Made by a program: the position numbers and the translations under genes. DNA of 64,000 nt from Gekko japonicus (lineage: Eukaryota). Below are positions 11,303 through 25,000 of this stretch, piece after piece. The notes under the pieces were generated by a model. It was given only the letters and a program-made list of their open reading frames with translations. It did no database searches and was not told the DNA's origin. Positions within the stretch are counted from its first letter, which is position 1, and each line of letters begins with the position of its first letter. Location: positions 219,633-283,632 of the forward strand of contig NW_015165238.1 in NCBI RefSeq assembly GCF_001447785.1, given 5' to 3'.

Positions 11303-11934
11303 CCTCCATCAATTCTGTACAGTTAACAAGGATTTTATCAGTGAGTCCCTGGAATTTAGGCTCAAATTTAATATGGCAAGCTTTGAGCCAACTGGGTTAA
11401 GCCAAATTTCCAATCAGGAATCAACTATTACTAACTGCAGTAAAGATAGTACTGCATTAGGTTCATGAAGTGATAATCTGAACTTGATAGCATGGTACCA
11501 TGCTATTATTAAAATATGAGTGAGTCTGAATTCTAGCTACATCACTGCTGAGGATGCATTGGGAGGAAGAGGAAGTATCTTATGTAAGAAAGTTTGCTGG
11601 AGCTTATCAGGAGGATCCATTGGTCCATTGGCCCAGATTGGGGAAGCACAGAGCAATTTGGGAAGGATGATGGCCTTATATAACTTTAACAAAAGTGGGA
11701 CCAATTGGCCACCTTTGGTATAAAAGAATTTCTTGAGAGTGATTAATGTCATTTGGGTCTTTCTCATGGCTTCCAGGATACTACACATGCACATTAGCAG
11801 CAGAAAATTTGAAAAGACAGAAAAATGGCAGCAGTATAGAGACTTGTGACCCAGCGATTGATACTCTGCACCAGACAGGAGGGTCCTGAACCATCCATCT
11901 AAACAGTTTTGTTGTTTATATCTCTCAAAAAAAA

Positions 11935-12035
11935 TCTTAACCCCTCTAATTAATCCCCTCATCTATAGTCTAAGAAACAAAGAGGTAAAAAGAGCTCTAA
12001 TGAGAGCTGTAAACAAGTGTGGGAGTTCCAAGTGA
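11935..12035 (+). pseudogene. OR 3' relic (TM7 and C-tail only)
   Basis: Encodes LTPLINPLIYSLRNKEVKRALMRAVNKCGSSK*, followed by the same 3' flank as the other + strand ORs. Confidence 0.9.
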
Positions 12036-12141
12036 TTTGATGGAGATGGAGAGTAATTAGATCAAACTTGTCTGGAATGAAATCTACAGGGCAAAACAAT
12101 TACTTGTAGGTTCCTGTAATAGTCTCCATTCCATTTACATA

Positions 12142-12654
12142 GGCCCCGGTCACACGGAGCATCAGGCATGCTAGAGAGACGGAAGATAGGCGGATTTTCT
12201 GGGTGCGATCTCACTGCCACATCTGGGAAGCATAGAGCTCCCGTGGCGCACCCGAGGCTTCCCACCGAAGATGAAGGATAAAAAACTAGTACCTCCGAGG
12301 TACTAGTTTCCGAAAACCGCGGGGCAAGGGTGCGCATCTGATTGCGTTTCCGGTGGTAGTTCCGGCGCCCGCCCATGTCCCCTTGCAAAAAGGGTTCCCC
12401 CCCAAGTCTCCACGGATGCGCACAAGCACCCAACGGAGCATGCGCACATTTCAGTTTTAAAACAAACACAACCCCGTTTGCCATGCTGCTCCGCTTCTTT
12501 GCCACGCCGTGTGATCGGCTCCTCCCTCCTAACCATAGGAGCTCGACGGAACCTCAACCCGATGCCTGATCGTGCAGTCGCGCGTTAGTTTGCTCCGGGG
12601 CAAACAGCCACGCCTCCCCCCCCCCCGCATTTTCCTGCCCGTGTGGCTGAGGCC
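12142..12654. mobile_element. PIF/Harbinger-type MITE
   Basis: TIR GGCCCCGGTCACACGG/CCGTGTGGCTGAGGCC; 3-bp TSD ATA (12139-41, 12655-57); empty site in the paralog at ~21450. Confidence 0.85.
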
Positions 12655-13669
12655 ATACTTGAGTTTTCAGCTTTAGTAGTAGAGGCATGATGGAATTCAG
12701 TAATAGGATAAAAATCCAATTTCTTCCCAAATCTTCTTTATGCTGCTATTGATTCATTCGTGAATTAACTGTCAATATCATGATAGTAGTAGGAATATGT
12801 TCATGTACATTTTTGAAACAATATTTGATACTTATTAGATTATTTTTTACTGATGTGAAAACATGAAATATATGAAATACATGACCAGTAAAGAAGATTA
12901 ATAAAATTGGGATTTGGGATAGCAAATATTTTACTGTCTAGTCCAAAGGGGGGGGGGAAGAGAGCTGATGCTTGATTTTATTATAAACATTGTGTTTTCT
13001 CAATGGTGAAAAACTTTGCAAATAAACAATGGCAGTCCAAAGGGAATATTCTCTACCTGTGCCATTAAGTAAATATTTATTTCCTGTGTTCATGTATTCC
13101 TCTAAGATTTTGTAAATTTAATATAAAAAATTCTGGTTTTTATCTCCAGAAGATTATTTTATGCACACAGAACAGCCAAAAAGGGAAAAATAACTCCCAT
13201 CCGGGGACAGTTTCTAGTTGGGTTCATGTTCGGAAGACAATGTGGAGGAAAAGCAAGAACTCTCCCTCCCACCAAGTCAAGGTTCTTCAGCTCAATCAAG
13301 CTCCCCTTTATTTTTAAACAATTCCAACAGCTGCTTGTGCCATTGATGAAAACACTCTCTACCTAACTTTTAAGCAGCTAGAACAAAGTATGAGTCCAGT
13401 GGCACCTTTAAGACCTATAATTTTTTAATTCAAGGTGTAAGCTTTCATGTAGATTTTTCGTTTTAGGATTAAAATCCTATGAGGAAGGCTGAAAAGGCAT
13501 GGCTGGACGAAGTTCACATAGCGAGCTTCCATGTCAGACCAGAGTTTCAAATCTTGAACACCCGGACACTCAAATTTCACTATACTGTAAATGTTAGAAT
13601 GTCTCAAATAGCCAGAAGCCCAAAATATTAAAAAATGCAAAAAATAGTTGGACTCGTGCATATGTAAAT

Positions 13670-14150
13670 GAAAATCAGCATATTGATGACACCTCATTCC
13701 AAGTTGCTGAATGTAAGCTCATAATTTTAGATGTTAAAAAGGACTGAGGATAAAGACAGAAGAATGTGGGTTTGCATAGTGCAAATGCTGGATGATCTGA
13801 ACAGGTGTCTCCACAGAACCATTTTCTGACTAAACTAGAATGGAAGTACCAGAATATGGCATCCTAATACATCTACCTGAGTAAGAAAAATAATATGCTG
13901 ATGATGCTGAAAACTGTGAAGAAGACTGGACTATCAATAAGACAAACTCCTTTGACCTGTCCTGGTGAAGATCATCAGTCATAAATCAGTTCCATAATCT
14001 GTTTGGGCGGGAAAAAGGATTGAAATACATCCAAACAGTTGAGTTAATTGCCCTACCTCCACAGCAATCTTCTACAAGAATGAAGTAGATATGTGGGAGG
14101 AGTCATGTTAACTGTCCAGATCATCTGTGCATTCTAGATACTTACATTTT
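13670..14150 (-). mobile_element. Ancient L2-type LINE RT remnant carried in the duplicated unit (also ~1231-1530, ~36820-37270, ~42610-42880)
   Basis: Degenerate motifs resembling LD.FQS.F..YGTE, WYFHS, SVLFNI and GMRCHQYAD. Confidence 0.6.
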
Positions 14151-14175
14151 ACAGAATATCCCAAAATATTTAAAA

Positions 14176-14667
14176 ACATAAGAGAAGCCAATGGTCCATC
14201 CAGTCCAAGACTCTGTGTCACACTGTGGCCAAACCTAAGTGCCATCAGGAGTCCCATCAGCAGGGCCAGAACTGCATAAGCCCTCCCCCTTGTGCCCCCC
14301 AAGCAACAAGAATACAGAGCATCACTGCCCAAGACAGAGTGTTTCCTCTATACTTTGTGGCTAATAGCCACTGATGGACCTCTGCTCCATATGTTTACCC
14401 AATACCCTTTTCAAGCTCTCTATGCTTGTAGCCAGCACCACTTCCTGTGGCAGTGAATTTCACATATTGATTACGCTTTGGGTGAAGAAGTACTTCCTTT
14501 TATCTTTTCTAAGCCCACTGATAATGGATTTCATTAAGTGCCCACAAGTTCTTGTATTGTGAGGTAGGGAGAAAAGTACTTCTTTCTCTACCTTCTCTAT
14601 CCCATGCATAGTTTTGTAAACCTCTGTTATTTCACCCCTCAATTGTCATTTCTCCAAGCTAAAGAAT
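14176..14667 (-). mobile_element. CR1 LINE 3' fragment
   Basis: Encodes RGEITEVYKTMHGIEKVEKEVLFSL..TRTCGH..KRKYFFTQ plus the CR1 3'UTR. Confidence 0.85.
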
Positions 14668-15313
14668 CGTTGCCTGCCCATTTCCGATCTGTCTCTACCA
14701 GCCGAAACCCCGCACCAAGAAGAACCACCTAACCTGGTGGTTCTTCTGATTGAAGCGCCGCAAGCCGGGCCATCGGGTCACTGGCATGTCTTTGCGCCGG
14801 CTCATCCCTGGCTCCTAGCTGATCTGTGCATGCTCGGACATGTGCAGTTCGGCAGGCTCCCCGTCTGAACTGTGTTTTCTCCCCGGCATCTGATTGTGCC
14901 GGGGAGAAAAGGCGCCGCAGCCCAGGGGATCGTGGGATCCTGTCGTGGCGTCTCAACTTTGGCGCGGCTTTTAAAAGCCGCGCTTTGAGCGACTTATCCC
15001 CTGCCAAGTGGCAGGGGCCTTTGTCTTACTGTCCTCTCCAGCTTATGAGCAAAGGGAGGCAGGGATCATGCTGCCCTTTCTCTCTACACAACAACATTAG
15101 CAGCAGAAAATTCCAAAAGACATAAACATAGCAGCGATATAGAGAATTGTAACCCAGCAACTGAGACTCTGCAACAAACAAGATGGTTCTGAACCATTCC
15201 TCTAAACAGTTGGAATGTATACCTTTAAAAACATTCTAATATTCATTTTGTTTTGGATTTTAATATTTTGGGTTAGGGTTAGGGTAATGGATATTTTCAA
15301 TTTATTTTTAAAG

Positions 15314-16353
15314 ATTCAGGTAAGGGTGACAAATGCCCAAATGAGAAGCATTCCAACCACAAATAGGATCAGTGCATTTCAAAATGCATATGTACCCTAT
15401 CCATTCAATATACTTGGGGTATTGTCTCGGTTTTCTCTTCCCTTTGCTTGTCTTTCATTACAGATCTGATATTGGTGACATTTGTGAAATAACAAAACAC
15501 CCCAAACATCAAAGCCAACAACCAGGATATTACCTACATTCTCCTCCTCTCTCTCTTGCTTTCTTTCCTCTGCTTCTTGTTCTTTATTAGAAAGCCCTGC
15601 AAAGTCACCTGCCTTCTCCAACAAACAATATTCTCCTTGTCTTCTCTGTTGAAGTTTCTTCTGTATTGGCTAAAACCATCACTGTTATTCTAGCTTTCAA
15701 GGGCTCAAAACCAGGAAGCAAGATCAGAGACTGGCAGAGGAAGTAACACACACTCTGTTTTCCCCTTCGGTTCTCTTGGTCAACTGGGAATCTCTACTTT
15801 CTGGTTAGCAAGAAACCCTCCCTTCCTAAAATTAGGCTGCAGTCTCTCACACACGAAATAATCCACTTTCAATCCACTTTCAGTGCACCTTCCAACTGGA
15901 TTTTGACTGCATGAACTGGCAAAATCCAGTTGGAAAGTGCATTGAAAGTTGATTGAAAGTGGATTATTTAGTGTGTGTGACTGCAGCCTTAGATATGCAC
16001 TCCCAAAGCAGAGAGATCATTGTTCAGTATCATGAAGGGTCTGTCACTATGTTTTATTGTCATTTTGGCTACATAGGCTTCTTAGATATGGATAGTTTTC
16101 TTGTAGTTTTCTTAACCAGGAAGCTGCTTGATAGCTTTAATGAAGCCAAGTTAATTTTCTTCAGCATGTTGGTGTTTTGCAGTTCTCACTCATTTAAGCA
16201 CCAGAGAGAAATATATGGTAGCTGTGGAGATCTTCTTCGTATTAGCTTCTGAAGGCGGCACTACTGAACTGTATCATATCTCCAAAATGTTATATTATAA
16301 TCTTAAAACCTAATCTTATATCTAAAAGCCATGTTATCTTAAAACTGAGTTAA
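15314..16353 (+). pseudogene. Vomeronasal type-2 receptor (V2R, class C GPCR) terminal 7TM exon relic
   Basis: After an AG acceptor: [140 protein letters not shown]. Contains stops and frameshifts. Confidence 0.9.
15835..15988. mobile_element. Palindromic Harbinger-type MITE inside the V2R relic
   Basis: TIR GGCTGCAGTC/GACTGCAGCC; TSD TTA (15832-34, 15989-91). Excision restores PPFLKL-DMHSQ. Confidence 0.85.
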
Positions 16354-16611
16354 TTGAGCTAATTTATCTAGTCATCAGTGATCAGTTTCATGTTACACTA
16401 GAAAAGTACAAGAGACCAGTAGCACCTTAAAGACTAACAAGATATGTGGCAAGGTATGAGCTTTCATGAATCTCTGCTCACTCCTTCAGGTAGCTTCTTT
16501 AAATCAGAGGGGTTTTTTTAAAATACACACACATACACTAAGACAAAAATATGTGAGCCAGAGGCTAAAAAACTGAGCTAGCTCACACTAACTCACCTTA
16601 GAGGGGACACT

Positions 16612-16790
16612 GCCTGTGAGGTAGGTGGGGCTGAGAGAGCTCTTTCCAGAACTGTCCTTGAGAGAACAGTTCTGACAGAACTATGGCTTGCCCAAGATCA
16701 TCCAGCAGCTGCAAGTGGAGGAATGGGGAATCAAACCCGGCTCTCCCAGGTTAGAGTTCGTTAACTCAACCACTTCACCAAACAGCTCCT
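16612..16790 (-). mobile_element. tRNA-derived SINE fragment (Squam3-like)
   Basis: Reverse complement of the head and body of the 53478-53750 SINE. Confidence 0.65.
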
Positions 16791-18371
16791 TAATGGTGGT
16801 GGTGAAAGTGCCATCAAGTTTCAGCTGATTTATGATGATGCCAGAGTTTTCAAGGCAAGAAATGAACAGAGATAGTTTGATGTTGCTTGCATCTGTGTAG
16901 AGACCCTGGGTTTGCGTGATATTCTCCCAACCAAGTTCTTACCAGGGCTGACCTGCTTAGCTTCTGAGATCTGACAGATCAGGCTAACCTGGACCATCCA
17001 GGTCACAATGTCTAGTTGCCTAAATGGATCTAGATAACTCTACTGTGAAGACCTCGGGAGCAGGCCTTATTGCCAGCAGCAAGAGTGAAGTGAGTCATGG
17101 ATATACCAGTGTAATGCAGTCTTCTGCTTTCTGATTGCACTGTTTTAAATCCTGAAATGTACCTTCAGTCTTGGCAAGAAAGGCAGGCTATAAATAAACT
17201 AAAATAAACATATATAAGGAAACAGAGCCAAGGGGGATAAGAGCATTCCTTAAAAAAAGATTGTGTTACTATTATGTACATATGTTGAAAAAGGGAGCAT
17301 CATAAATCAGCTGAAACTTGATGACACTTTCACCAGTGATAATGAACAAGTAGTCCTTCCTTCTTTTCTATCCCTCTCTGATTAAAAAAAAAAAACCCTG
17401 ATACTGGACTCGAATCCAGCTGCCCACTCATTAACATCCTTTCAGGAGGGTGGCTGTATTGGTCTTCATTAAAGCAGCTGGATTCGAGTCCACTATCACC
17501 TTAGAGATTTGGGAGCAATGAGCTTTCAAGACTCAAAGCTCACTCCATCATTAACATACTGCTATATTTCCTTCATTTTTAAATATATATATTTGTTTTT
17601 GTGTTATTTTATGTCCCCTTTGGATACTCAGGGTTTTTTTTTAATCAGAGAGGGATGGAAAAGAAGGAAGGACTACTTGTTCATTATCACTGGGGAAATA
17701 TGAATCTCCCTGTGATCGAGACACTCCACTTGCAAGAGCTTGCTTGAGCAGGTCTCTGGAGAGGTAGCATATAAATATTTGAAACAAGGTCTCTTCTAAA
17801 TAAAAGCCTTAATGAGTATTGCATTATAAGTTTTAGAAGGGGGATTTGCTAATTGTTCTAAAATTCCCTCTATAAAGTATCTAGAGGTTGCTCTTTGTAG
17901 GCAGTCTGTTGCTCCCTTATATAAAGGCTCTTTTGTGTACTGTACTGGTGAAATGGCATGAGATGACTGTTTCCTTCAGGAAATGTTTGTCATTTCTCAT
18001 GATAGCTAGACAAATGTGCAACAGCTGTTTGGACCTACCTCTCAACCATTCTTCATTCATGCCAGGTGATGGTTATTTTTTTTAAAGATGTATGCTTATT
18101 ATTCTAATGACACAGTATAGGTCTTATTTAAAGATTGCATGATTCGCAGAAACTATTTCTGGGGGAAAATATAAGGCTGGATTCAATGATGGCCATACAC
18201 TCTCAAAAGCATTCCATCAAATTAAGTGTCCTATGTAAGGTGGATGGGAAGTTCCTCCTAGAGAAAGCCTCAGTCATACAAAATATGTGATTGTGACAAT
18301 ATAAGTTGCTTGTAGTCAAGATTTTACTGTGTGAATATGGCTGACTTTCCAATTCAAGCCCAAATTCACAC

Positions 18372-19155
18372 AAAAAGCTGGTTTCTGATGGTTTGGGGTG
18401 GGCACCAGTAACTGCCCACTCCCCCTCCTCTTGGAATGAAGCACAAGATGTGGGGGAGCCCATCGGGTCATGACACATGGGCAGGGGACCAATGAGAGGT
18501 GGGCATGCCAGCCTATTTTGGTGCTGGCCATTGGCCTTCCCCCAGTCCAGCTCAAAATGAGCTCTCCACCCTCCCTCCCTCTTTTTGTGGCCATGTAGGA
18601 ATAGCTGGATGCTTTTGGAGACTGAGTAGCAATTTTTGGGTCCAACTAAAATTGGCCCATGGGTTGGGGTTCTTTTTGCCTGCTATGCATGGTCCTGAGA
18701 ACTGAGGTATAAATAGGCCTGGTTCTTCTGGTTAGACCCTAACTGGAATGACAAGAAAGCATGGGTTAAGGGTTACATAATTTGGTAAGCACCTCAAGAT
18801 ATTGTGGCAATTGTCTTTCTAACTGGGCACCTAGTGGCTTTGCAGTCTGAGTGGCTCAGGGTGGGGCCTCTTTGGGCTTGGAGGGCATATGCCAAACCTT
18901 AAGGCTTAGCAGTCATGGGCTGGAACAATGTCCCCTTATACCCTCTATGCACATTGTGTGGGTTGTAAGGAGAAAGGTCCTGAGGGAATCTGGACCTAGA
19001 TCTGAGCCAGGGTGGTATTGCCTGGTTAGGAGGCTTGCTTGCAAGCCAACAGGAACCCATGCTTTAATTTAAATAGTCAAGGAGATCAGCTCATTTAATA
19101 AAGTTCCAGTTTAACCCATAAAGTGTCTTGTGTCTTCATTGTGGGGTGGGAGGGC
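18372..19155 (+). mobile_element. GC-rich insertion without TSD, probably DIRS/Ngaro-derived
   Basis: Absent from the paralog (cacacagaaatagattc at ~38190); ends ttaataaagttcc...gggc|aaata like the 34346-35125 element. Confidence 0.5.
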
Positions 19156-20403
19156 AAATAGATCCACTTAATAATCCCAATTTAACACTTTTATGGAACA
19201 TGATAGGAGGGTTCCTATGATTAAGGTTGTGTTGTTGTTATTGTTGTTTATATGTTTTGTTTTTAGAACCAGCTCTTGTCTACTCATGCAAGATACAAAA
19301 ACAGGTTTATCTTGAAAAGGATTTTATGGTATACTTCGAGGGGAGATTACATTTTAGTAAACTTTCACTTCATCCAAAGTTTGTAAACTAATTTAGAAAA
19401 GAAAAGAAAAAAGATGTATATTCATCCTGCACAGGGCCCTGATATTCTTCATGTGAGGTTGGATCTAGACCATTTTTTGAGGTGTAAAAGAGGAGAAAGG
19501 TCCCCTGTCATAAACCAATTACACTGGAGGCAATGGGACCTGCACAGACAGCATTTTTATGTCATGGGCGCTATCATAAGGAGGGCAATTTCGCTGACAT
19601 TGAATGAAATGTTGGATGGATCCAATTCAATAAGCTGTTTTGGGTTAGATCCAGACTACATTTTTTTACAACAGAAAAGAACTTTCTTGCCTCTTCCTCC
19701 CAATGCAGGCCACTAATATCCATGAAATGCTGCCTAAGGAATAGCATGAGGAGAAGTTTGGATCCAACCCAGTTTTTGTACTCTTATATGTAATTTAGCC
19801 TGTAGCTTCAACGTTAAATGAGTATTCAGTTATTTTCTATTCAGAATACTTCTATGACCAATTGAGGTGATAATGATGCACTGCAGGTTCCAAAACAAAA
19901 GGAACAGCTGTTTTGTGTAAAACAGATGGTAAGCCTGTTGATCAGAGGGTTTCTTAGGCTTGGGTTCCACTCTTTACAGACTAGGCCTTTGCTTGGAGAA
20001 AATCAGTCACCAACTTCCAGCCTGAACTACCTCACAGGATCTACCTAAACTGGAGGATACGAAAATTATGTAAGCCAATTTCAGCCCCCAATGCATCCCA
20101 TGGCAGAAAAAGGCATAGTATAAATGAAGCAAAATAAATAAATGGTGCCTGCTAGCCATCTTATGACCCAACTCTAACAATGACGTTATCATCAAGAAAC
20201 AATGTAATAGTCTATCACTTGATGTAATACATGCACAATTAACTTCAAAACAGGAAATGACTTTTGGGGTGGTTTTCATATGTTCAGATAAAACACATAT
20301 TAGCATTTTATAAATGTCAGTATCAATTTGGGAGAAAGGGTAAAATACTTTCTAGGCTTGGAGACCTCATGATTTTTTAATTTTATTTTCAGTGAGTCAA
20401 GCA

Positions 20404-21351
20404 ATGGAACATATGGAAACAGACAATAAAACAGCAGTAACTACATTCATTCTTCTGGGCTTTGGGAATGCCCCTGAACTTCAGATTCCTCTCTTTTTGG
20501 TTTTCCTAATAATCTACAGTGTGACCATGGCTGGAAACATCATCATCATCGTGTTAGTAATCATGGATCATCACCTTCACACCCCCATGTACTTCTTCCT
20601 TGGAAATTTGTCCTGTTTGGAGACCTTCTACACTTCAACCCTTCTCCCCAGGATGTTGGCCAGTTTCCTAACAGGGGACAGAACCATATCTGTTGGGGGC
20701 TGCTATATCCAGCTTTACTGTTTTGGTATACCTGCCATTGCTGAATGCTACCTACTGGCATCAATGTCATATGATCGGTATTTGGCAATATGCAAGCCCC
20801 TCCAATATGCCACTCTCATGAGCAGAAGGCTCTGCTTTCTATTGTCAGCTGTGTCCTGGCTTTGTGGGATAACGGTTATGACTTTACTAATAGGTTTGAT
20901 GTCACAGCTAAAATACTGTGGCCCCCATGAAATTGATCGCTTCTTTTGTGACTTAGCACCAGTGATTAATCTATCATGCAGTGACACAACTCTGGTGACA
21001 CTGGTGAGCCTCACAGTATCTGTCATAGATAGTGTTCCTTCTTTTCTTCTGACCCTGCTGTCTTATATTAGTATAATTGCTGCCATCGTACGAATCCCGT
21101 CGTCGGATGGGAGAAAAAAGGCCTTTTCCATCTGTTCTTCCCACCTCATTGTAGTTTCCATATTTTATGGGTCATTGATATTTGTATATGTGCTACCACA
21201 AAAAGATGCTCTGGGAGAAGTGGACACGATCTTTTCAATCTTCTACACAGTCTTAACCCCTCTAATTAATCCCCTTATTTATAGTCTAAGAAACAAAGAG
21301 GTAAAAAAAGCTTTAATGAGAGCTATCAATAAGTGTGGGATTTTCAAGTGA
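20404..21351 (+). CDS. Olfactory receptor, intact, 315 aa
   Basis: All OR motifs present, with variants DRFFCD and KAFSICSSH; acceptor AG at 20391-92, so the ATG at 20404 is preferred. Confidence 0.96.
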   Translation: MEHMETDNKTAVTTFILLGFGNAPELQIPLFLVFLIIYSVTMAGNIIIIVLVIMDHHLHTPMYFFLGNLSCLETFYTSTLLPRMLASFLTGDRTISVGGCYIQLYCFGIPAIAECYLLASMSYDRYLAICKPLQYATLMSRRLCFLLSAVSWLCGITVMTLLIGLMSQLKYCGPHEIDRFFCDLAPVINLSCSDTTLVTLVSLTVSVIDSVPSFLLTLLSYISIIAAIVRIPSSDGRKKAFSICSSHLIVVSIFYGSLIFVYVLPQKDALGEVDTIFSIFYTVLTPLINPLIYSLRNKEVKKALMRAINKCGIFK

Positions 21352-24329
21352 TTTCTTGGAGAAGGGGAGTAATTAGATTAAACTTGTCTGGAATAAAATC
21401 TACAGGGTGGAGCAATTTCTTGTAGATGCCAGTAATAGTTTCCATTCCATTTATATACTTGAGTTTGCAGCTTTAGTAGTGGAGGTATGATGGAATAGAG
21501 TAAGAACAACAACAACAAAACAACATATCCAATTTCTTCCCAAATAATGTTTATGCTGCTTTTAATTCAACTGCCAAAATAATCATAATAGTCAGGAAAC
21601 GTGATTAACCCCCTCCAAAAAAGCACAAAACAACATTTGATAGTTATCAGATAACTATTTATTACTGGTTTGAAAACATCAAACACATGACCGAAAAAGA
21701 AGATTTATTAAAATGGTAACTGGGATAGCAAATGAGTTACTATCTAGTAAAAAGGTGGGGGAACAGCTGATGCTTGATCTCATTGTAAACATTGTGCTTT
21801 TGTGATCAGTCAAGAAGCTTGCAAATCTCTAAATGCTGATCATAAACAATGGCAATAAACAGTGAACATTCTCTTCCAGTGCCATTAAATAATGATATAT
21901 TTTCTGTGTTCATGGATTCCTTTGAGAATTAATTACTTTAATGTAAAAAATGTGGGTTTTTTTTATCCCCAGGAGAGTGTTCTATGAACATGGAGCAGCC
22001 AAAAGGGGGGAGGAGATAACTCCCACCCTAGGACAGTTTCTGGTTGGGAAGACAATACAGAGGAAAGGAAAAAGCCCTTCCTCCCACCAAGTCAAGGTTC
22101 TTCGGCTCAGTCAGGCTCTCCTTTAGTTTTAAACAGACAGTTCCGACAGCTGTTTGTTGGTATGGAGGAAGTCTCTTTATAGAAAAATATAAGATCTGAT
22201 TAGATGGGGGACAGAGCAGGCGGAAATAGCTCTGCCCAATTTCCATCCTTCTATTAGTGCTCAGAGACCAACAGTTATAAGCAAAATAGAGGGGGGGAAC
22301 CCCACAGTATTATACAAGGAAACATGGGGAAACACAGAGTTACAGAATTATGAGAAGAAGATTTAAATTAAAGGTTATACTATTAAATGTCATAAACAAA
22401 AAAATTGCTACTGTGTGAGTCACATTTGGGTCAGTGTCAGCTAATAACTTAGCTACAATATCCTGCTTTACAGCAGGACTTCATTTTTGGATGTAAACTA
22501 TGATCCCCTTGTCACAGGCAGTATTGCATTTGTCAAAAGTGTCAAATGGTATCTAAATTCCTGGATTTGCAATCACAAAGCCTCTCAGAGAACAGAATCC
22601 CTGAGAATATACCTGCTAGTTCATCTAGTTCAACTTAGAGAATTGTATTCTGTATTTAGGAACTGTTAAAAACTTTCAGTAAGCAGGTAGTGTCTTCAGA
22701 CCTGAGAGACCTAAATAAGCTCTACAGTCAGTGCTCCAATTATTGAAATATAGAATACCAGATTAAACCAGTTTACACATGAAGTGATATTCCATTTGGT
22801 TAAACAACAACAACAACAAAAACTCAGAGGAGAAGACCAATCTCTGTAGCTTATAATCAACTAATTTTAGCCATGAGCTTTGAAAGCCATCATTAGCAAG
22901 ATGGTGCAGATAGCAATTTTCTAGAGAATTGAAAAAAAAAATGTCTGAAGAGGAATGTCGCTATCCAAGCTTTAGCCTCCAGAGATGTGGCAAATGGATT
23001 GTTGGACCAGAGATACACATTGGTAGATTGGGCAAAGGATGTAAAAAGGAGATTAAATAAGACTCATACTTATCACTGACCTTGGCTATGGTCAACAATA
23101 TTCCATATAGTAATGAAGGAACTACCTTTGCAAACGGGGTGCCACCCTGGAGCTCTTCCCCCAAGCCACACAACTTAGAGGGGAGGAGCCTATCCAGGGC
23201 AGTCTGAAAAGAAATCTTCATTCCTTGAACTGGCCCATGAAACCTGAATGCTGAGCCTGATGGACCTCTTGTCCCCAAACAGCAAAGGTGCCACCAGATC
23301 TGCTTTCCCATTACCTGCACTAACCTTCCACCACCAAGGCCAAGCCTCTGCTTAGGACCCTGCACCACACCGAGCAGCCTAATGCCACCTACAGACCCTG
23401 CCACAGGTCCTCCAGGAATGTATCATTGCCCTTTTTGGAGAGATGAACTGTTACTGCCAATGGCCTGCCTCATTGTTTGGGGGAATTAGCTATGTGGCAG
23501 GGGAGACCAGAGGGCTACAGGGATTGTACACCAATTGTATACCAAGGTTTGGTACAGTAGAAAGACTTCAGATTTGAAGAGTAAATTAAATAGTTTTTAT
23601 TAAAGTATTTCCCTAATTACAAGCACACTAAGCATTCAAAAAGACCACACAATACAGAACTAAAACAGCAGAGGTGATTGATAGCAAATAGAGGGGTCAG
23701 TTATGGGGTGATACAACCTGTCTAGACGTGCAGGGGTCCAAGAAGATGAGATTATGGCCCAAACAAAAGTTTGGGGGTGAACTGCCAGTTGGCATCCAGA
23801 GCAGACACAAAATCTGAGGCCATGTGATCTGATGGATATAGACATTGGGAAACAATGCTGACCAATGGGAGGTCTTGAGGGGCTTGTCCCAGGTGAAAAC
23901 AGAAGATTACCGGGACCAATCATGGGTCCCAGAGGATGTGGTGTCAGGAGGAGCCAGACCTAGGTGTGACCAATGAGGTTTCAGGGGATCATATTCTGAA
24001 TTAACAATAGCTATGATGGAATTAACCAGGTGTTGGATGGTTGGGCTGGGAGTGTCCATTGTGGAACAATACGGTGGTCTGGTGTTTCCCTTGTTGCAGA
24101 CAAAAGAGGTGATGTTTCTTAATATGTGGCAGGATGAACCTGAATGGGAAACCATTCACTATACATGGAGAGTTAATGTTTACCTTAATAGGTCTGGCAT
24201 AGGTGTTAGAATGCAGATGTTTTAGAATGCAGATATATGGAGACAGGAATGAGAGTATTATTCCAAAGGTATTTCTTGACATACAAGTGAAACAGAAGTT
24301 GGGGCTGGAAACATGCAACATATTTTATT

Positions 24330-25000
24330 CCTGACAATAGAACAGACTAGAGGCTATTTGTCCCTGCCTGCCTGTACATTTGACAGACAAAAGACTAGCC
24401 AATTGGTCAATAGAAGCCGACTGAATCGTGATATCCAGCAATCCCTCTTGTCTGACCAATGGGATGAAATGTGGAAAATGCATGCTAAAATCTCAAACTC
24501 ACAATTTATTCAGGAAACAGCACTTAAGGTATTGCACAGATGGTACCTCACATCTGTAAAACTATCCCATATCTATCCCCAGTCATCGCCGCTTTACTGG
24601 AAACACTGCGGGCAAAAAGCAACATACTACCACAACTGGTGGGAGTGTCCCCACGTGGCCCAATTCTGGAAACAAATTATATTAACTATCCACTCCTTAA
24701 TTGGACTTACCGTACCTTTAGATCCATCACTGATTCTTCTTCACCTTTGGCCGGCAGATGGTCCACCCGAAAGAAGCAAAGAGCTGATTAATAGTAGCAG
24801 CCAAGACTTCGATAGTGAGTAAATGGAAAGCAAATATGCTTCCTTCAATGCAACAGTGGCTGCATAAAGTATGGGATTTTTTTCCTGCAAGAAAAATTCT
24901 CTCTCTGGGAAAACTCGGAGGGCATTGAAAGTCACCTACTGAATCCCCTTGACAAATGGTATCCAATATTTGAGAAAATGAATCTAGATAAATTTGATTC
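24330..25000 (+). mobile_element. L1/Tx1 ORF2 C-terminal fragment
   Basis: ETALKVLHRWYLT..LSHIYP..WKHCGQKATYYHNWWECPHVAQFW (RT-associated zinc-binding region). Confidence 0.85.

Noticed and set aside
12062-12569. ORFs inside MITEs (also 5642-5927, 35734-36136, 46045-46553)
   Set aside because: Non-coding GC-rich MITE interiors; frames are not conserved between copies and no transposase motifs are present.
13800-13960. Minus-strand hydrophobic stretch (FFTVFSIISILFFLL..WYFH) resembling a receptor TM segment
   Set aside because: The flanking motifs (SVLFNI, RCHQYAD) identify it as a decayed L2 RT; the repetition comes from segmental duplication.
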